Positions 43,141-57,800 of a stretch of DNA of 64,000 nt are shown here, piece by piece. The stretch comes from Eledone cirrhosa (taxonomy: Eukaryota): the NCBI GenBank assembly GCA_964016885.1, contig OZ024744.1, forward strand, positions 116,064,001-116,128,000. Direction: 5' to 3'. The notes under the pieces were generated by a model, which saw nothing but the letters and a program-made list of their open reading frames with translations, had not been told where the DNA came from and ran no database searches. How positions within the stretch are numbered: position 1 is the stretch's first letter; each line of letters starts with the position of its first letter. A program made the translations under genes and the position numbers.

Positions 43141-45299
43141 ATATATATAATGTCTCTCATATCTTGTCTCTCTCTCTATATATAATGTCTCTCATATCTT
43201 GTCTCACTCTCTATATATATATAATGTCTCTCATATCTTGTCTCTCTCTCTCTATATATATATAATGTCTCTCATATCTTGTCTCTCTCTCTCTATATAT
43301 ATAATGTCTCTCATATCTTGTCTCACTCTCTATATATATATAATGTCTCTCATATCTTGTCTCTCTCTCTCTCTATATATATAATGTCTCTCATATCTTG
43401 TCTCTCTCTCTATATATATATATAATGTCTCTCATATCTTGTCTCTCTCTCTATATATATATTATGTCTCTCATATCTTGTCTCTCTCTCTCTATATATA
43501 TATAATGTCTCTCATATCTTGTCTCTCTCTCTATATATACAATGTCTCTCATATCTTGTCTCTCTCTCTATATATATATAATGTCTCTCATATCTTGTCT
43601 CTCTCTATATATATAATGTCTCTCATATCTTGTCGCTCTCTCTCTATATATATAATGTCTCTCATATCTTGTCTCTCTCTATATATATATAATGTCTCAC
43701 ATATCTTGTCTCTCTCTCTATATATAGAATGTCTCTCATATCTTGTCTCTCTCTCTATATATATATAATGTCTCTCATATCTTGTCTCTCTCTATATATA
43801 TAATGTCTCTCATATCTTGTCGCTCTCTCTCTATATATATAATGTCTCTCATATCTTGTCGCTCTCTCTCTATATATATAATGTCTCTCATATCTTGTCT
43901 CTTTCTCTATATATATATAATGTCTCTCATATCTTGTCGCTCTCTCTCTATATATATAATGTCTCTCATATCTTGTCTCTTTCTCTATATATATATAATG
44001 TCTCTCATATCTTGTCTCTCTCTCTATATATAATGTCTCTCATATCTTATCTCTCTCTCTATATATATATAAAGTCTCTCATATCTTGTCTGTCTCTATA
44101 TATATAATGTCTCTCATATCTTGTATCTCTCTCTATATATATAATGTCTCTCATATCTTGTCTCTCTCTATATATATATAATGTCTCTCATATCTTGTCT
44201 CTCTCTATATATATAATGTCTCTCATATCTTGTCTCCCTCTCTATATATATAATGTCTCTCATATCTTGTCTCTCTCTCTATATATATATAATGTCTCTC
44301 ATATCTTGTCTCTCTGTCTCTCTCTATATATAATGTCACTCATATCTTGTCTCTCTCTCTATATATATATAAAGTCTCTCATATCTTGTCTCTCTCTCTA
44401 TATACAATGTCTCTCATATCTTGTCTCTCTCTCTCTCTATATATATAATGTCTCTCATATCTTGTCTCTCTCTCTATATATATATAATGTCTCTCATATC
44501 TTGTCTCTCTCTCTATATATATAATGTCTCTCATATCTTATCTCTCTCTATCTATATATATATAATGTCTCTCATATCTTGTCTCTGTCTCTCTATATAT
44601 ATATAATGTCTCTCATATCTTGTCTCTCTCTCTCTATATATTTATGTAATGTCTCTCATATCTTGTCTCTCTCTCTATATATATAATGTCTCTCATATCT
44701 TGTCTCTCTCTCTATATGTATATAATGTCTCTCATATCTTGTCTCTCTCTCTCTCTATATATAATGTCTCTCATATCTTGTCTCTCTCTCTATATATATA
44801 TAATGTCTCTCATAACTTGTCTCTCTCTCTATATATATATAATGTCTCTCATATCTTATCTCTCTCTATATATATATAATGTCTCTCATATCTTGTCTCT
44901 CTCTCTCTATATATATATAATGTCTCTCATATCTTGTCTCTCTCTCTATATGTATATAATGTCTTTCATATCTTGTCCCTCTCTCTCTATATATATAATG
45001 TCTCTCATATCTTGTCTCTCTCCCTCTCTCTCTATATAATGTCTCTCATATCTTGTCTCTCTCTCTATATATATAATGTCTCTCATATCTTGTCTCTCTC
45101 TCTATATATATAATGTCTCTCATATCTTGTCTCTCTCTCTATATACATATAACGTCTCTCATATCTTGTCTCTCTCTCTATATATATAATGTCTCTCATA
45201 TCTTGTCTCTCTCTCTATATATAATGTCTCTCATATCTTGTGTCTCTCTCTCTCTATATATATATAATGTCTCTCATATCTTGTCTCTCTCTCTATATT

Positions 45300-48200
45300 T
45301 ATAATGTCTCTCATATCTTGTCTCTCTCTCTCTCTATATATAATGTCTCTCATATCTTGTCTCTCTCTATATATATAATGTCTCTCATATCTTGTATCTC
45401 TCTCTATATATATAATGTCTCTCATATCTTGTCTCTCTCTATATATATATAATGTCTCTCATATCTTGTCTCTCTCTATATATATAATGTCTCTCATATC
45501 TTGTCTCTCTCTCTATATATATAATGTCTCTCATATCTTGTCTCTCTCTCTATATATATATAATGTCTCTCATATCTTGTCTCTCTGTCTCTCTCTATAT
45601 ATAATGTCTCTCATATCTTGTCTCTCTCTCTCTATATATATAAAGTCTCTCATATCTTGTCTCTCTCTCTATATACAATGTCTCTCATATCTTGTCTCTC
45701 TCTCTCTATATATATATAATGTCTCTCATATCTTGTCTCTCTCTCTATATATATATAATGTCTCTCATATCTTGTCTCTCTCTCTATATATATAATGTCT
45801 CTCATATCTTATCTCTCTCTCTCTCTATATATATAATGTCTCTCATATCTTGTCTCTGTCTCTCTATATATATATAATGTTTCTCATATCTTGTCTCTCT
45901 CTCTCTCTATATTTATGTAATGTCTCTCATATCTTGTCTCTCTCTCTATATATATAATGTCTCTCATATCTTGTCTCTCTCTCTATATGTATATAATGTC
46001 TCTCATATCTTGTCTCTCTCTCTCTCTATATATAATGTCTCTCATATCTTGTCTCTCTCTCTATATATATATAATGTCTCTCATATCTTGTCTCTCTCTC
46101 TATATATATATAATGTCTCTCATATCTTATCTCTCTCTCTATATATATAATGTCTCTCATATCTTGTCTCTCTCTCTCTATATATATATAATGTCTCTCA
46201 TATCTTGTCTCTCTCTCTATATGTATATAATGTCTCTCATATCTTGTCCCTCTCTCTCTCTATATATAATGTCTCTCATATCTTGTCTCTCTCCCTCTCT
46301 CTCTATATAATGTCTCTCATATCTTGTCTCTCTCTCTCTCTATATATATAATGTCTCTCATATCTTGTCTCTCTCTCTATATATATAATGTCTCTCATAT
46401 CTTGTCTCTCTCTCTATATACATATAACGTCTCTCATATCTTGTCTCTCTCTCTATATATATAATGTCTCTCATATCTTGTCTCTCTCTCTCTATATATA
46501 TATATAATGTCTCTCATATCTTGTCTCTCTCTCTATATATATATAATGTCTCTCATATCTTGTCCCTCTCTCTCTATAAATAATGTTTCTCATATCTTGT
46601 CCCTCTCTCTCTATATATATATAATGTCTCTCATATCTTGTCTCTCTCTCTATATATATAATGTCTCTCATATCTTGTCTCTCTCTCTATATATATATAT
46701 AATGTCTCTCATATCTTGTCTTTCTCTCTATATATATAATGTCTCTCATATCTTATCTTTCTCTCTCTATATATATAAAATGCCTCTCATATCTTGTCTC
46801 TCTCTCTCTATATATATATAATGTCTCTCATATCTTGTCTCTCTGTTTATATATATAATGTCTCTCATATCTTGTCTTTCTCTCTCTATATATATATAAT
46901 GTCTCTCATATCTTGTCTCTCTCTCTATATATACAATGTCTCTCATATCTTGTCTCTCTCTCTATATATATATAATGTGTCTCATATCTTGTCTCTCTCT
47001 ATATATAATGTCTCTCATATCTTGTCGCTCTCTCTCTATATATATAATGTCTCTCATATCTTGTCTCTCTCTATATATATATAATGTCTCTCATATCTTG
47101 TCTCTCTCTCTCTATATATATAATGTCTCTCATATCTTGTCTCTCTCTATATATATAATGTCTCTCATATCTTGTCACTCTCTCTCTATATATATAATGT
47201 CTCCCATATCTTGTCTCTCTCTCTATATATATATAATGTCTCTCATATCTTGTCTCTCTCTCTCTATATATATAATGTCTGTCATATCTTGTCTCTCTCT
47301 CTATATATATAATGTCTCTCATATCTTATCTCTCTCTCTATATATATATAAAGCCTCTCATTCTTGTCTCTCTCTCTATATATAATGTCTCTCATATCTT
47401 GTCTCTCTCTCTCTCTATATATATATAATGTCTCTCATATCTTGTCTCTCTCTCTATATATATAATGTCTCTCATATCTTGTCTCTCTCTCTATATATAA
47501 TGTCTCTCATATCTTGTCTCTCTCTCTATAAATATAATGTCTCTCATAACTTGTCTCTCTGTCTCTCTCTATATATAATGTCTCTCATAACTTCTCTCTC
47601 TCCTTATATATATAATGTCTCTCATATCTTGTCTCTCTCTCTATATATATAATGTCTCTCATATCTTGTCTCTCTCTCTCTATATATAATGTCTATCATA
47701 TCTTGTCTCTCTCTCTCTATATATATAATGTCCCTCATATCTTGTCTCTCTCTCTATATATATATAATGTCTCTCATATCTTGTCTCTCTCTCTATATAT
47801 ATAATGTCTCTCATATCTTGGCTCTCTCTATATATATATAATGTCTCTAATATCTTGTCTCTCTCTATATATATAATGTCTCTCATATCTTGTCTCTCTC
47901 TCTATATATATAATGTCTCTCATATCTTGTCTCTCTCTCTCTATATATATAATGTCTCTCATATCTTGTCTCTCTGTCTCTCTCTATATATAATGTCTCT
48001 CATATCTTGTCTCTCTCTCTATATATATATATAAAGTCTCTCATATCTTGTCTCTCTCTCTCTATATATATATAATGTCTCTCATATCTTGTCCCTCTCT
48101 CGCTATAAATAATGTTTCTCATATCTTGTCCCTCTCTCTCTATATATATATAATGTCTCTCATATCATGTCTCTCTCTATATATATATATATAATGTCTC

Positions 48201-48780
48201 TCATATCTTGTCTCTCTCTCTATATATATATATAATGTCTCTCATATCTTGTCTCTCTCTCTATATATATAATGTCTCTCATATCTTATCTCTCTCTCTC
48301 TATATATATAAAATGCCTCTCATATCTTGTCTCTCTCTATATATATATATATAATGTCTCTCATATCTTGTCTCTCTGTCTATATATATAATGTCTCTCA
48401 TATCTTGTCTCTCTCTCTCTATATATATATAATGTCTCTCATATCTTGTCTCTCTCTCTCTCTATATATAATGTCTCTCATATCTTGTCTCACTCTCTAT
48501 ATATATATAATGTCTCACATATCTTGTCTCTCTCTCTCTATATATATATAATGTCTCTCATATCTTGTCTCTCTCTCTATATATATATATAATGTCTCTC
48601 ATATCTTGTCTCTCTCTCTATATATATATTATGTCTCTCATATCTTGTCTCTCTCTATATATATAATGTCTCTCATATCTTGTCTCTCTCTCTCTATATA
48701 TATATAATGTCTCTCATATCTTGTCTCTCTCTCTATATATACAATGTCTCTCATATCTTGTCTCTCTCTCTATATATATA
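45300..48780. repeat. Non-adjacent copy of ~9600-13300
   Basis: 9697/45415, 10202/45920, 10789/46507 and 11218/46936 (+35718); 12324/47804, 12847/48327 and 13200/48680 (+35480). Confidence 0.85.
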
Positions 48781-51700
48781 TAATGTCTCTCATATCTTGT
48801 CTCTCTCTATATATATAATGTCTCTCATATCTTGTCGCTCTCTCTCTATATATATAATGTCTCTCATATCTTGTCTCTCTCTATATATATAATGTCTCTC
48901 ATATCTTGTCACTCTCTCTCTATATATATAATGTCTCTCATATCTTGTCTCTCTCTCTCTCTATATATATAATGTCTCTCATATCTTGTCTCTCTCTCTA
49001 TATATACAATGTCTCTCATATCTTGTCTCTTTCTCTATATATATATAATGTCTCTCATATCTTGTCTCTCTCTCTATATATATATAATGTCTCTCATATC
49101 TTGTCTCTCTCTCTATATATATAATGTCTCTCATATCTTATCTCTCTCTCTATATATATAAAGTCTCTCATATCTTGTCTCTCTCTCTATATATAATGTC
49201 TCTCATATCTTGTGTCTCTCTCTCTCTATATATATATAATGTCTCTCATATCTTGTCTCTCTCTCTATATATATAATGTCTCTCATATCTTGTCTCTCTC
49301 TCTCTCTATATATAATGTCTCTCATATCTTGTCTCTCTCTCTATATATATATAATGTCTCTCATATCTTGTCTCTCTCTCTATATATTTAATGTCTCTCA
49401 TATCTTGTCTCTCTCTCTATATATATAATGTCTCTCATATCTTGTCTCTCTCTATATATATAATGTCTCTTATATCTTGTCTCTCTCTCTATATATATAA
49501 TGTCTCTCATATCTTGTCTCTCTCTCTATATATATATAATGTCTCTCATATCTTGTCTCTCTGTCTCTCTCTATATATAATGTCTCTCATATCTTGTCTC
49601 TCTCTCTCTATATATATATAAAGTCTCTCATATCTTGTCTCTCTCTCTATATACAATGTCTCTCATATCTTGTCTCTCTCTCTCTATATATATATAATGT
49701 CTCTCATATCTTGTCTCTCTCTCTATATATATATAATGTCTCTCATATCTTGTCCCTCTCTCTCTATAAATAATGTTTCTCATATCTTGTCCCTCTCTCT
49801 CTATATATATAATGTCTCTCATAGCTTGTCTCTCTCCCTCTCTCTCTATATAATGTCTCTCATATCTTGTCTCTCTCTCTATATATACAATGTCTCTCAT
49901 ATCTTGTCTCTTTCTCTATATATATATAATGTCTCTCATATCTTGTCTCTCTCTCTCTATATATATAAAGTCTCTCATATCTTGTCTCTCTCTCTATATA
50001 TAATGTCTCTCATATCTTGTGTCTCTCTCTATATATATATATATAATGTCTCTCATATCTTGTCTCTCTCTCTATATATATAATGTCTCTCATATCTTGT
50101 CTCTCTCTCTCTATATATATAACGTCTCTCATATCTTGTCTCTCTCTCTATATATATAATGTCTCTCATATCTTGTATCTCTCTCTATATATATAATGTC
50201 TCTCATATCTTGTCTCTCTCTATATATATATAATGTCTCTCATATCTTGTCTCTCTCTATATATATAATGTCTCTCATATCTTGTCTCTCTCTATATATA
50301 TAATGTCTCTCATATCTTGTCTCTCTCTCTCTATATATATATATAATGTCTCTCATATCTTGTCTCTCTCTATATATATATATAATGTCTCTCATATCTT
50401 GTCCCTCTCTCTCTATAAATAATGTTTCTCATATCCTGTCCCTCTCTCTCTCTATATATATAATGTCTATCATATCTTGTCTCTCTCTCTATATATATAT
50501 ATAATGTCTCTCATATCTTGTCTTTCTCTCTCTATATATATAATGTCTCTCATATCTTATCTCTCTCTCTCTATATATATAAAATGCCTCTCATATCTTG
50601 TCTCTCTCTCTCTCTCTATATATATATATAATGTCTCTCATATCTTGTCTCTCTCTCTATATATATAATGTCTCTCATATCTTATCTCTCTCTATATCTA
50701 TATATATAATGTCTCTCATATCTTGTCTCTGTCTCTCTATATATATATAATGTCTCTCATATCTTGTCTCTCTCTCTCTCTATATATATGTAATGTCTCT
50801 CGTATCTTGTCTCTCTCTCTCTATATATATAATGTCTCTCATATCTTGTCTCTCTCTCTATATGTATATAATGTCTCTCATATCTTGTCTCTCTCTCTCT
50901 ATATATATAATGTCTCTCATATCTTGTCTCTCTCTCTCTATATATATAATGTCTCTCATATCTTGTCTCTCTCTCTCTATATATATATAATGTCTCTCAT
51001 ATCTTATCTCTCTCTCTATATATATAATGTCTCTCATATCTTGTCTCTCTCTCTCTCTATATATATAATGTCTCTCATATCTTGTCTCTCTCTCTATATG
51101 TATATAATGTCTCTCATATCTTGTCCCTCTCTCTCTATATATATAATGTCTCTCATAGCTTGTCTCTCTCCCTCTCTCTCTATATAATGTCTCTCATATC
51201 TTGTCTCTCTCTCTATATATATATATAATGTCTCTCATATCTTGTCTCTCTCTCTATATATATATAAAGTCTCTCATATCTTGTCTCTCTCTCTATATAT
51301 ATATATAATGTCTCTCATATCTTGTCTCTCTCTATATATATAATGTCTCTCATATCTTGTCTCTCTCTCTATATATATAATGTTTCTCATATCTTGTCCC
51401 TCTCTCTCTCTCTATATATATAATGTCACTCATATCTTGTCTCTCTCTCTCTATATATACAATGTCTCTCATATCTTGTCTCTCTCTCTATATATATATA
51501 TAATGTCTCTGATATCTTGTCTCTGTCTCTCTATATATATATAATGTCTCTCATATCTTGTCTCTCTCTCTCTATATATATATGTAATGTCTCTCGTATC
51601 TTGTCTCTCTCTCTATATATATAATGTCTCTCATATCTTGTCTCTCTCTCTATATGTATATAATGTCTCTCATATCTTGTCTCTCTCTCTCTATATATAT

Positions 51701-54700
51701 AATGTCTCTCATATCTTGTCTCTCTCTCTATATATATATAATGTCTATCATATCTTGTCTCTCTCTCTCTATATATATAATGTCTCTCATATCTTATCTC
51801 TCTCTCTATATATATAATGTCTCTCATATCTTGTCTCACTCTCTCTCTATATATATAATGTCTCTCATATCTTGTCTCTCTCTCTATATGTATATAATGT
51901 CTCTCATATCTTGTCCCTCTCTCTCTATATATATAATGTCTCTCATAGCTTGTCTCTCTCCCTCTCTCTCTATATAATGTCTCTCATATCTTGTCTCTCT
52001 CTCTCTATATATATATAATGTCTCTCATATCTTTTCTCTCTCTCTATATATATAATGTCTCTCATATCTTGTCTCTCTCTCTATATATATATATAATGTC
52101 TCTCATATCTTGTCTCTCTCTCTCTATATATATATAATGTCTCTCATATCTTGTCCCTCTCTCTCTATAAATAATGTTTCTCATATCTTGTCCCTCTCTC
52201 TCTATATATATATAATGTCTCTCATATCTTGTCTCTCTCTCTATATATATAATGTCTATCATATCTTGTCTCTCTCTCTATATATATATATAATGTCTCT
52301 CATATCTTGTCTTTCTCTCTATATATATATAATGTCTCTCATATCTTATCTCTCTCTCTCTATATATATAAAATGCCTCTCATATCTTGTCTCTCTCTCT
52401 CTCTATATATATATATATAATGTCTCTCATATCTTGTCTCTCTCTCTCTATATATAATGTCTCTCATATCTTATCTCTCTCTCTATATATATATATAATG
52501 TCTCTCATATCTTGTCTCTGTCTCTCTATATATATATAATGTCTCTCATATCTTGTCTCTCTCTCTCTCTATATATATGTAATGTCTCTCGTATCTTGTC
52601 TCTCTCTCTATATATATATAATGTCTCTCATATCTTGTCTCTCTCTCTATATATATATATAAAGTCTCTCATATCTTGTCTCTCTCTCTCTATATATATA
52701 TAATGTCTCTCATATCTTGTCCCTCTCTCGCTATAAATAATGTTTCTCATATCTTGTCCCTCTCTCTCTATATATATATAATGTCTCTCATATCATGTCT
52801 CTCTCTATATATATATATATAATGTCTCTCATATCTTGTCTCTCTCTCTATATATATATATAATGTCTCTCATATCTTGTCTCTCTCTCTATATATATAA
52901 TGTCTCTCATATCTTATCTCTCTCTCTCTATATATATAAAATGCCTCTCATATCTTGTCTCTCTCTCTATATATATATATAATGTCTCTCATATCTTGTC
53001 TCTCTGTCTATATATATAATGTCTCTCATATCTTGTCTCTCTCTCTCTATATATATATAATGTCTCTCATATCTTGTCTCTCTCTCTCTATATATATAAT
53101 GTCTCTCATATCTTGTCTCACTCTCTATATATATATAATGTCTCACATATCTTGTCTCTCTCTCTCTATATATATATAATGTCTCTCATATCTTGTCTCT
53201 CTCTCTATATATATATATAATGTCTCTCATATCTTGTCTCTCTCTCTATATATATATTATGTCTCTCATATCTTGTCTCTCTCTATATATATAATGTCTC
53301 TCATATCTTGTCTCTCTCTCTCTATATATATATAATGTCTCTCATATCTTGTCTCTCTCTCTATATATACAATGTCTCTCATATCTTGTCTCTCTCTCTA
53401 TATATATATAATGTCTCTCATATCTTGTCTCTCTCTATATATATAATGTCTCTCATATCTTGTCGCTCTCTCTCTATATATATAATGTCTCTCATATCTT
53501 GTCTCTCTCTATATATATAATGTCTCTCATATCTTGTCACTCTCTCTCTATATATATAATGTCTCTCATATCTTGTCTCTCTCTCTCTCTATATATATAA
53601 TGTCTCTCATATCTTGTCTCTCTCTCTATATATACAATGTCTCTCATATCTTGTCTCTTTCTCTATATATATATAATGTCTCTCATATCTTGTCTCTCTC
53701 TCTATATATATATAATGTCTCTCATATCTTGTCTCTCTCTCTATATATATAATGTCTCTCATATCTTATCTCTCTCTCTATATATATATAAAGTCTCTCA
53801 TATCTTGTCTCTCTCTCTATATATAATGTCTCTCATATCTTGTGTCTCTCTCTCTCTATACATATATAATGTCTCTCATATCTTGTCTCTCTCTCTATAT
53901 ATATAATGTCTCTCATATCTTGTCTCTCTCTCTCTCTCTATATATAATGTCTCTCATATCTTGTCTCTCTCTCTATATATATATAATGTCTCTCATATCT
54001 TGTCTCTCTCTCTATATATTTAATGTCTCTCATATCTTGTCTCTCTCTCTATATATATAATGTCTCTCATATCTTGTCTCTCTCTATATATATAATGTCT
54101 CTTATATCTTGTCTCTCTCTCTATATATATAATGTCTCTCATATCTTGTCTCTCTCTCTATATATATATAATGTCTCTCATATCTTGTCTCTCTGTCTCT
54201 CTCTATATATAATGTCTCTCATATCTTGTCTCTCTCTCTCTATATATATATAAAGTCTCTCATATCTTGTCTCTCTCTCTATATACAATGTCTCTCATAT
54301 CTTGTCTCTCTCTCTCTATATATATATAATGTCTCTCATATCTTGTCTCTCTCTCTATATATATATAATGTCTCTCATATCTTGTCCCTCTCTCTCTATA
54401 AATAATGTTTCTCATATCTTGTCCCTCTCTCTCTATATATATAATGTCTCTCATAGCTTGTCTCTCTCCCTCTCTCTCTATATAATGTCTCTCATATCTT
54501 GTCTCTCTCTCTATATATACAATGTCTCTCATATCTTGTCTCTTTCTCTATATATATATAATGTCTCTCATATCTTGTCTCTCTCTCTCTATATATATAA
54601 AGTCTCTCATATCTTGTCTCTCTCTCTATATATAATGTCTCTCATATCTTGTGTCTCTCTCTATATATATATATATAATGTCTCTCATATCTTGTCTCTC

Positions 54701-57700
54701 TCTCTATATATATAATGTCTCTCATATCTTGTCTCTCTCTCTATATATATATAACGTCTCTCATATCTTGTCTCTCTCTCTATATATATAATGTCTCTCA
54801 TATCTTGTATCTCTCTCTATATATATAATGTCTCTCATATCTTGTCTCTCTCTATATATATATAATGTCTCTCATATCTTGTCTCTCTCTATATATATAA
54901 TGTCTCTCATATCTTGTCTCTCTCTCTATATATATAATGTCTCTCATATCTTGTCTCTCTCTCTATATATATATAATGTCTCTCATATCTTGTCTCTCTC
55001 TCTATATATATATAAAGTCTCTCATATCTTGTCTCTCTCTCTATATATATATATAATGTCTCTCATATCTTGTCTCTCTCTATATATATAATGTCTCTCA
55101 TATCTTGTCTCTCTCTCTATATATATAATGTTTCTCATATCTTGTCCCTCTCTCTCTCTATATATATATAATGTCTCTCATATCTTGTCTCTCTCTATAT
55201 ATAATGTCTCTCATAGCTTGTCTCTCTCCCTCTCTCTCTATATAATGTCTCTCATATCTTGTCTCTCTCTCTCTATATATATATAATGTCTCTCATATCT
55301 TGTCTCTCTCTATATATATAATGTCTCTCATATCTTGTCTCTCTCTCTCTATATATATATATAATGTCTCTCATATCTTGTCTCTCTCTATATATATATA
55401 TAATGTCTCTCATATCTTGTCCCTCTCTCTCTATAAATAATGTTTCTCATATCTTGTCCCTCTCTCTCTCTATATATATAATGTCTCTCATATCTTGTCT
55501 CTCTCTCTATATATATAATGTCTATCATATCTTGTCTCTCTCTCTATATATATATATAATGTCTCTCATATCTTGTCTTTCTCTCTCTATATATATAATG
55601 TCTCTCATATCTTATCTCTCTCTCTCTATATATATAAAATGCCTCTCATATCTTGTCTCTCTCTCTCTCTATATATATATATATAATGTCTCTCATATCT
55701 TGTCTCTCTCTCTATATATATAATGTCTCTCATATCTTATCTCTCTCTATATATATATATATAATGTCTCTCATATCTTGTCTCTGTCTCTCTCTATATA
55801 TATAATGTCTCTCATATCTTGTCTCTCTCTCTCTCTATATATATGTAATGTCTCTCGTATCTTGTCTCTCTCTCTCTATATATATAATGTCTCTCATATC
55901 TTGTCTCTCTCTCTATATGTATATAATGTCTCTCATATCTTGTCTCTCTCTCTCTATATATATAATGTCTCTCATATCTTGTCTCTCTCTCTCTATATAT
56001 ATAATGTCTCTCATATCTTGTCTCTCTCTCTCTATATATATATAATGTCTCTCATATCTTATCTCTCTCTCTATATATATAATGTCTCTCATATCTTGTC
56101 TCTCTCTCTCTCTATATATATAATGTCTCTCATATCTTGTCTCTCTCTCTATATGTATATAATGTCTCTCATATCTTGTCCCTCTCTCTCTATATATATA
56201 ATGTCTCTCATAGCTTGTCTCTCTCCCTCTCTCTCTATATAATGTCTCTCATATCTTGTCTCTCTCTCTATATATATATATAATGTCTCTCATATCTTGT
56301 CTCTCTCTCTATATATATAATGTCTCTCATATCTTGTCTCTCTCTCTATATACATATAATGTCTCTCATATCTTGTCTCTCTCTCTATATATATAATGTC
56401 TCTCATATCTTGTCTCTCTCTCTATATATATATAAAGTCTCTCATATCTTGTCTCTCTCTCTATATATATATATAATGTCTCTCATATCTTGTCTCTCTC
56501 TATATATATAATGTCTCTCATATCTTGTCTCTCTCTCTATATATATAATGTTTCTCATATCTTGTCCCTCTCTCTCTCTCTATATATATAATGTCACTCA
56601 TATCTTGTCTCTCTCTCTCTATATATACAATGTCTCTCACATCTTGTCTCTCTCTCTATATATATATATAATGTCTCTGATATCTTGTCTCTGTCTCTCT
56701 ATATATATATAATGTCTCTCATATCTTGTCTCTCTCTCTCTATATATATATGTAATGTCTCTCGTATCTTGTCTCTCTCTCTATATATATAATGTCTCTC
56801 ATATCTTGTCTCTCTCTCTATATGTATATAATGTCTCTCATATCTTGTCTCTCTCTCTCTATATATATAATGTCTCTCATATCTTGTCTCTCTCTCTATA
56901 TATATATAATGTCTATCATATCTTGTCTCTCTCTCTCTATATATATAATGTCTCTCATATCTTATCTCTCTCTCTATATATATAATGTCTCTCATATCTT
57001 GTCTCACTCTCTCTCTATATATATAATGTCTCTCATATCTTGTCTCTCTCTCTATATGTATATAATGTCTCTCATATCTTGTCCCTCTCTCTCTATATAT
57101 ATAATGTCTCTCATAGCTTGTCTCTCTCCCTCTCTCTCTATATAATGTCTCTCATATCTTGTCTCTCTCTCTCTATATATATATAATGTCTCTCATATCT
57201 TTTCTCTCTCTCTATATATATAATGTCTCTCATATCTTGTCTCTCTCTCTCTATATATATATATAATGTCTCTCATATCTTGTCTCTCTCTCTCTATATA
57301 TATATAATGTCTCTCATATCTTGTCCCTCTCTCTCTATAAATAATGTTTCTCATATCTTGTCCCTCTCTCTCTATATATATATAATGTCTCTCATATCTT
57401 GTCTCTCTCTCTATATATATAATGTCTATCATATCTTGTCTCTCTCTCTATATATATATATAATGTCTCTCATATCTTGTCTTTCTCTCTCTATATATAT
57501 AATGTCTCTCATATCTTATCTCTCTCTCTCTATATATATAAAATGCCTCTCATATCTTGTCTCTCTCTCTCTCTATATATATATATATAATGTCTCTCAT
57601 ATCTTGTCTCTCTCTCTATATATATAATGTCTCTCATATCTTATCTCTCTCTCTATATATATATATAATGTCTCTCATATCTTGTCTCTGTCTCTCTATA

Positions 57701-57800
57701 TATATATAATGTCTCTCATATCTTGTCTCTCTCTCTCTCTATATATATGTAATGTCTCTCGTATCTTGTCTCTCTCTCTATATATATATAATGTCTCTCA
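47990..57800. repeat. Higher-order tandem duplication, 4.6-5.2 kb period (~47990-52630 vs ~52620-57800)
   Basis: 48327/52955 and 48680/53308 (+4628), 49670/54302 (+4632), 50723/55778 (+5055), 51531/56699 (+5168), 52512/57682 (+5170). Confidence 0.85.
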
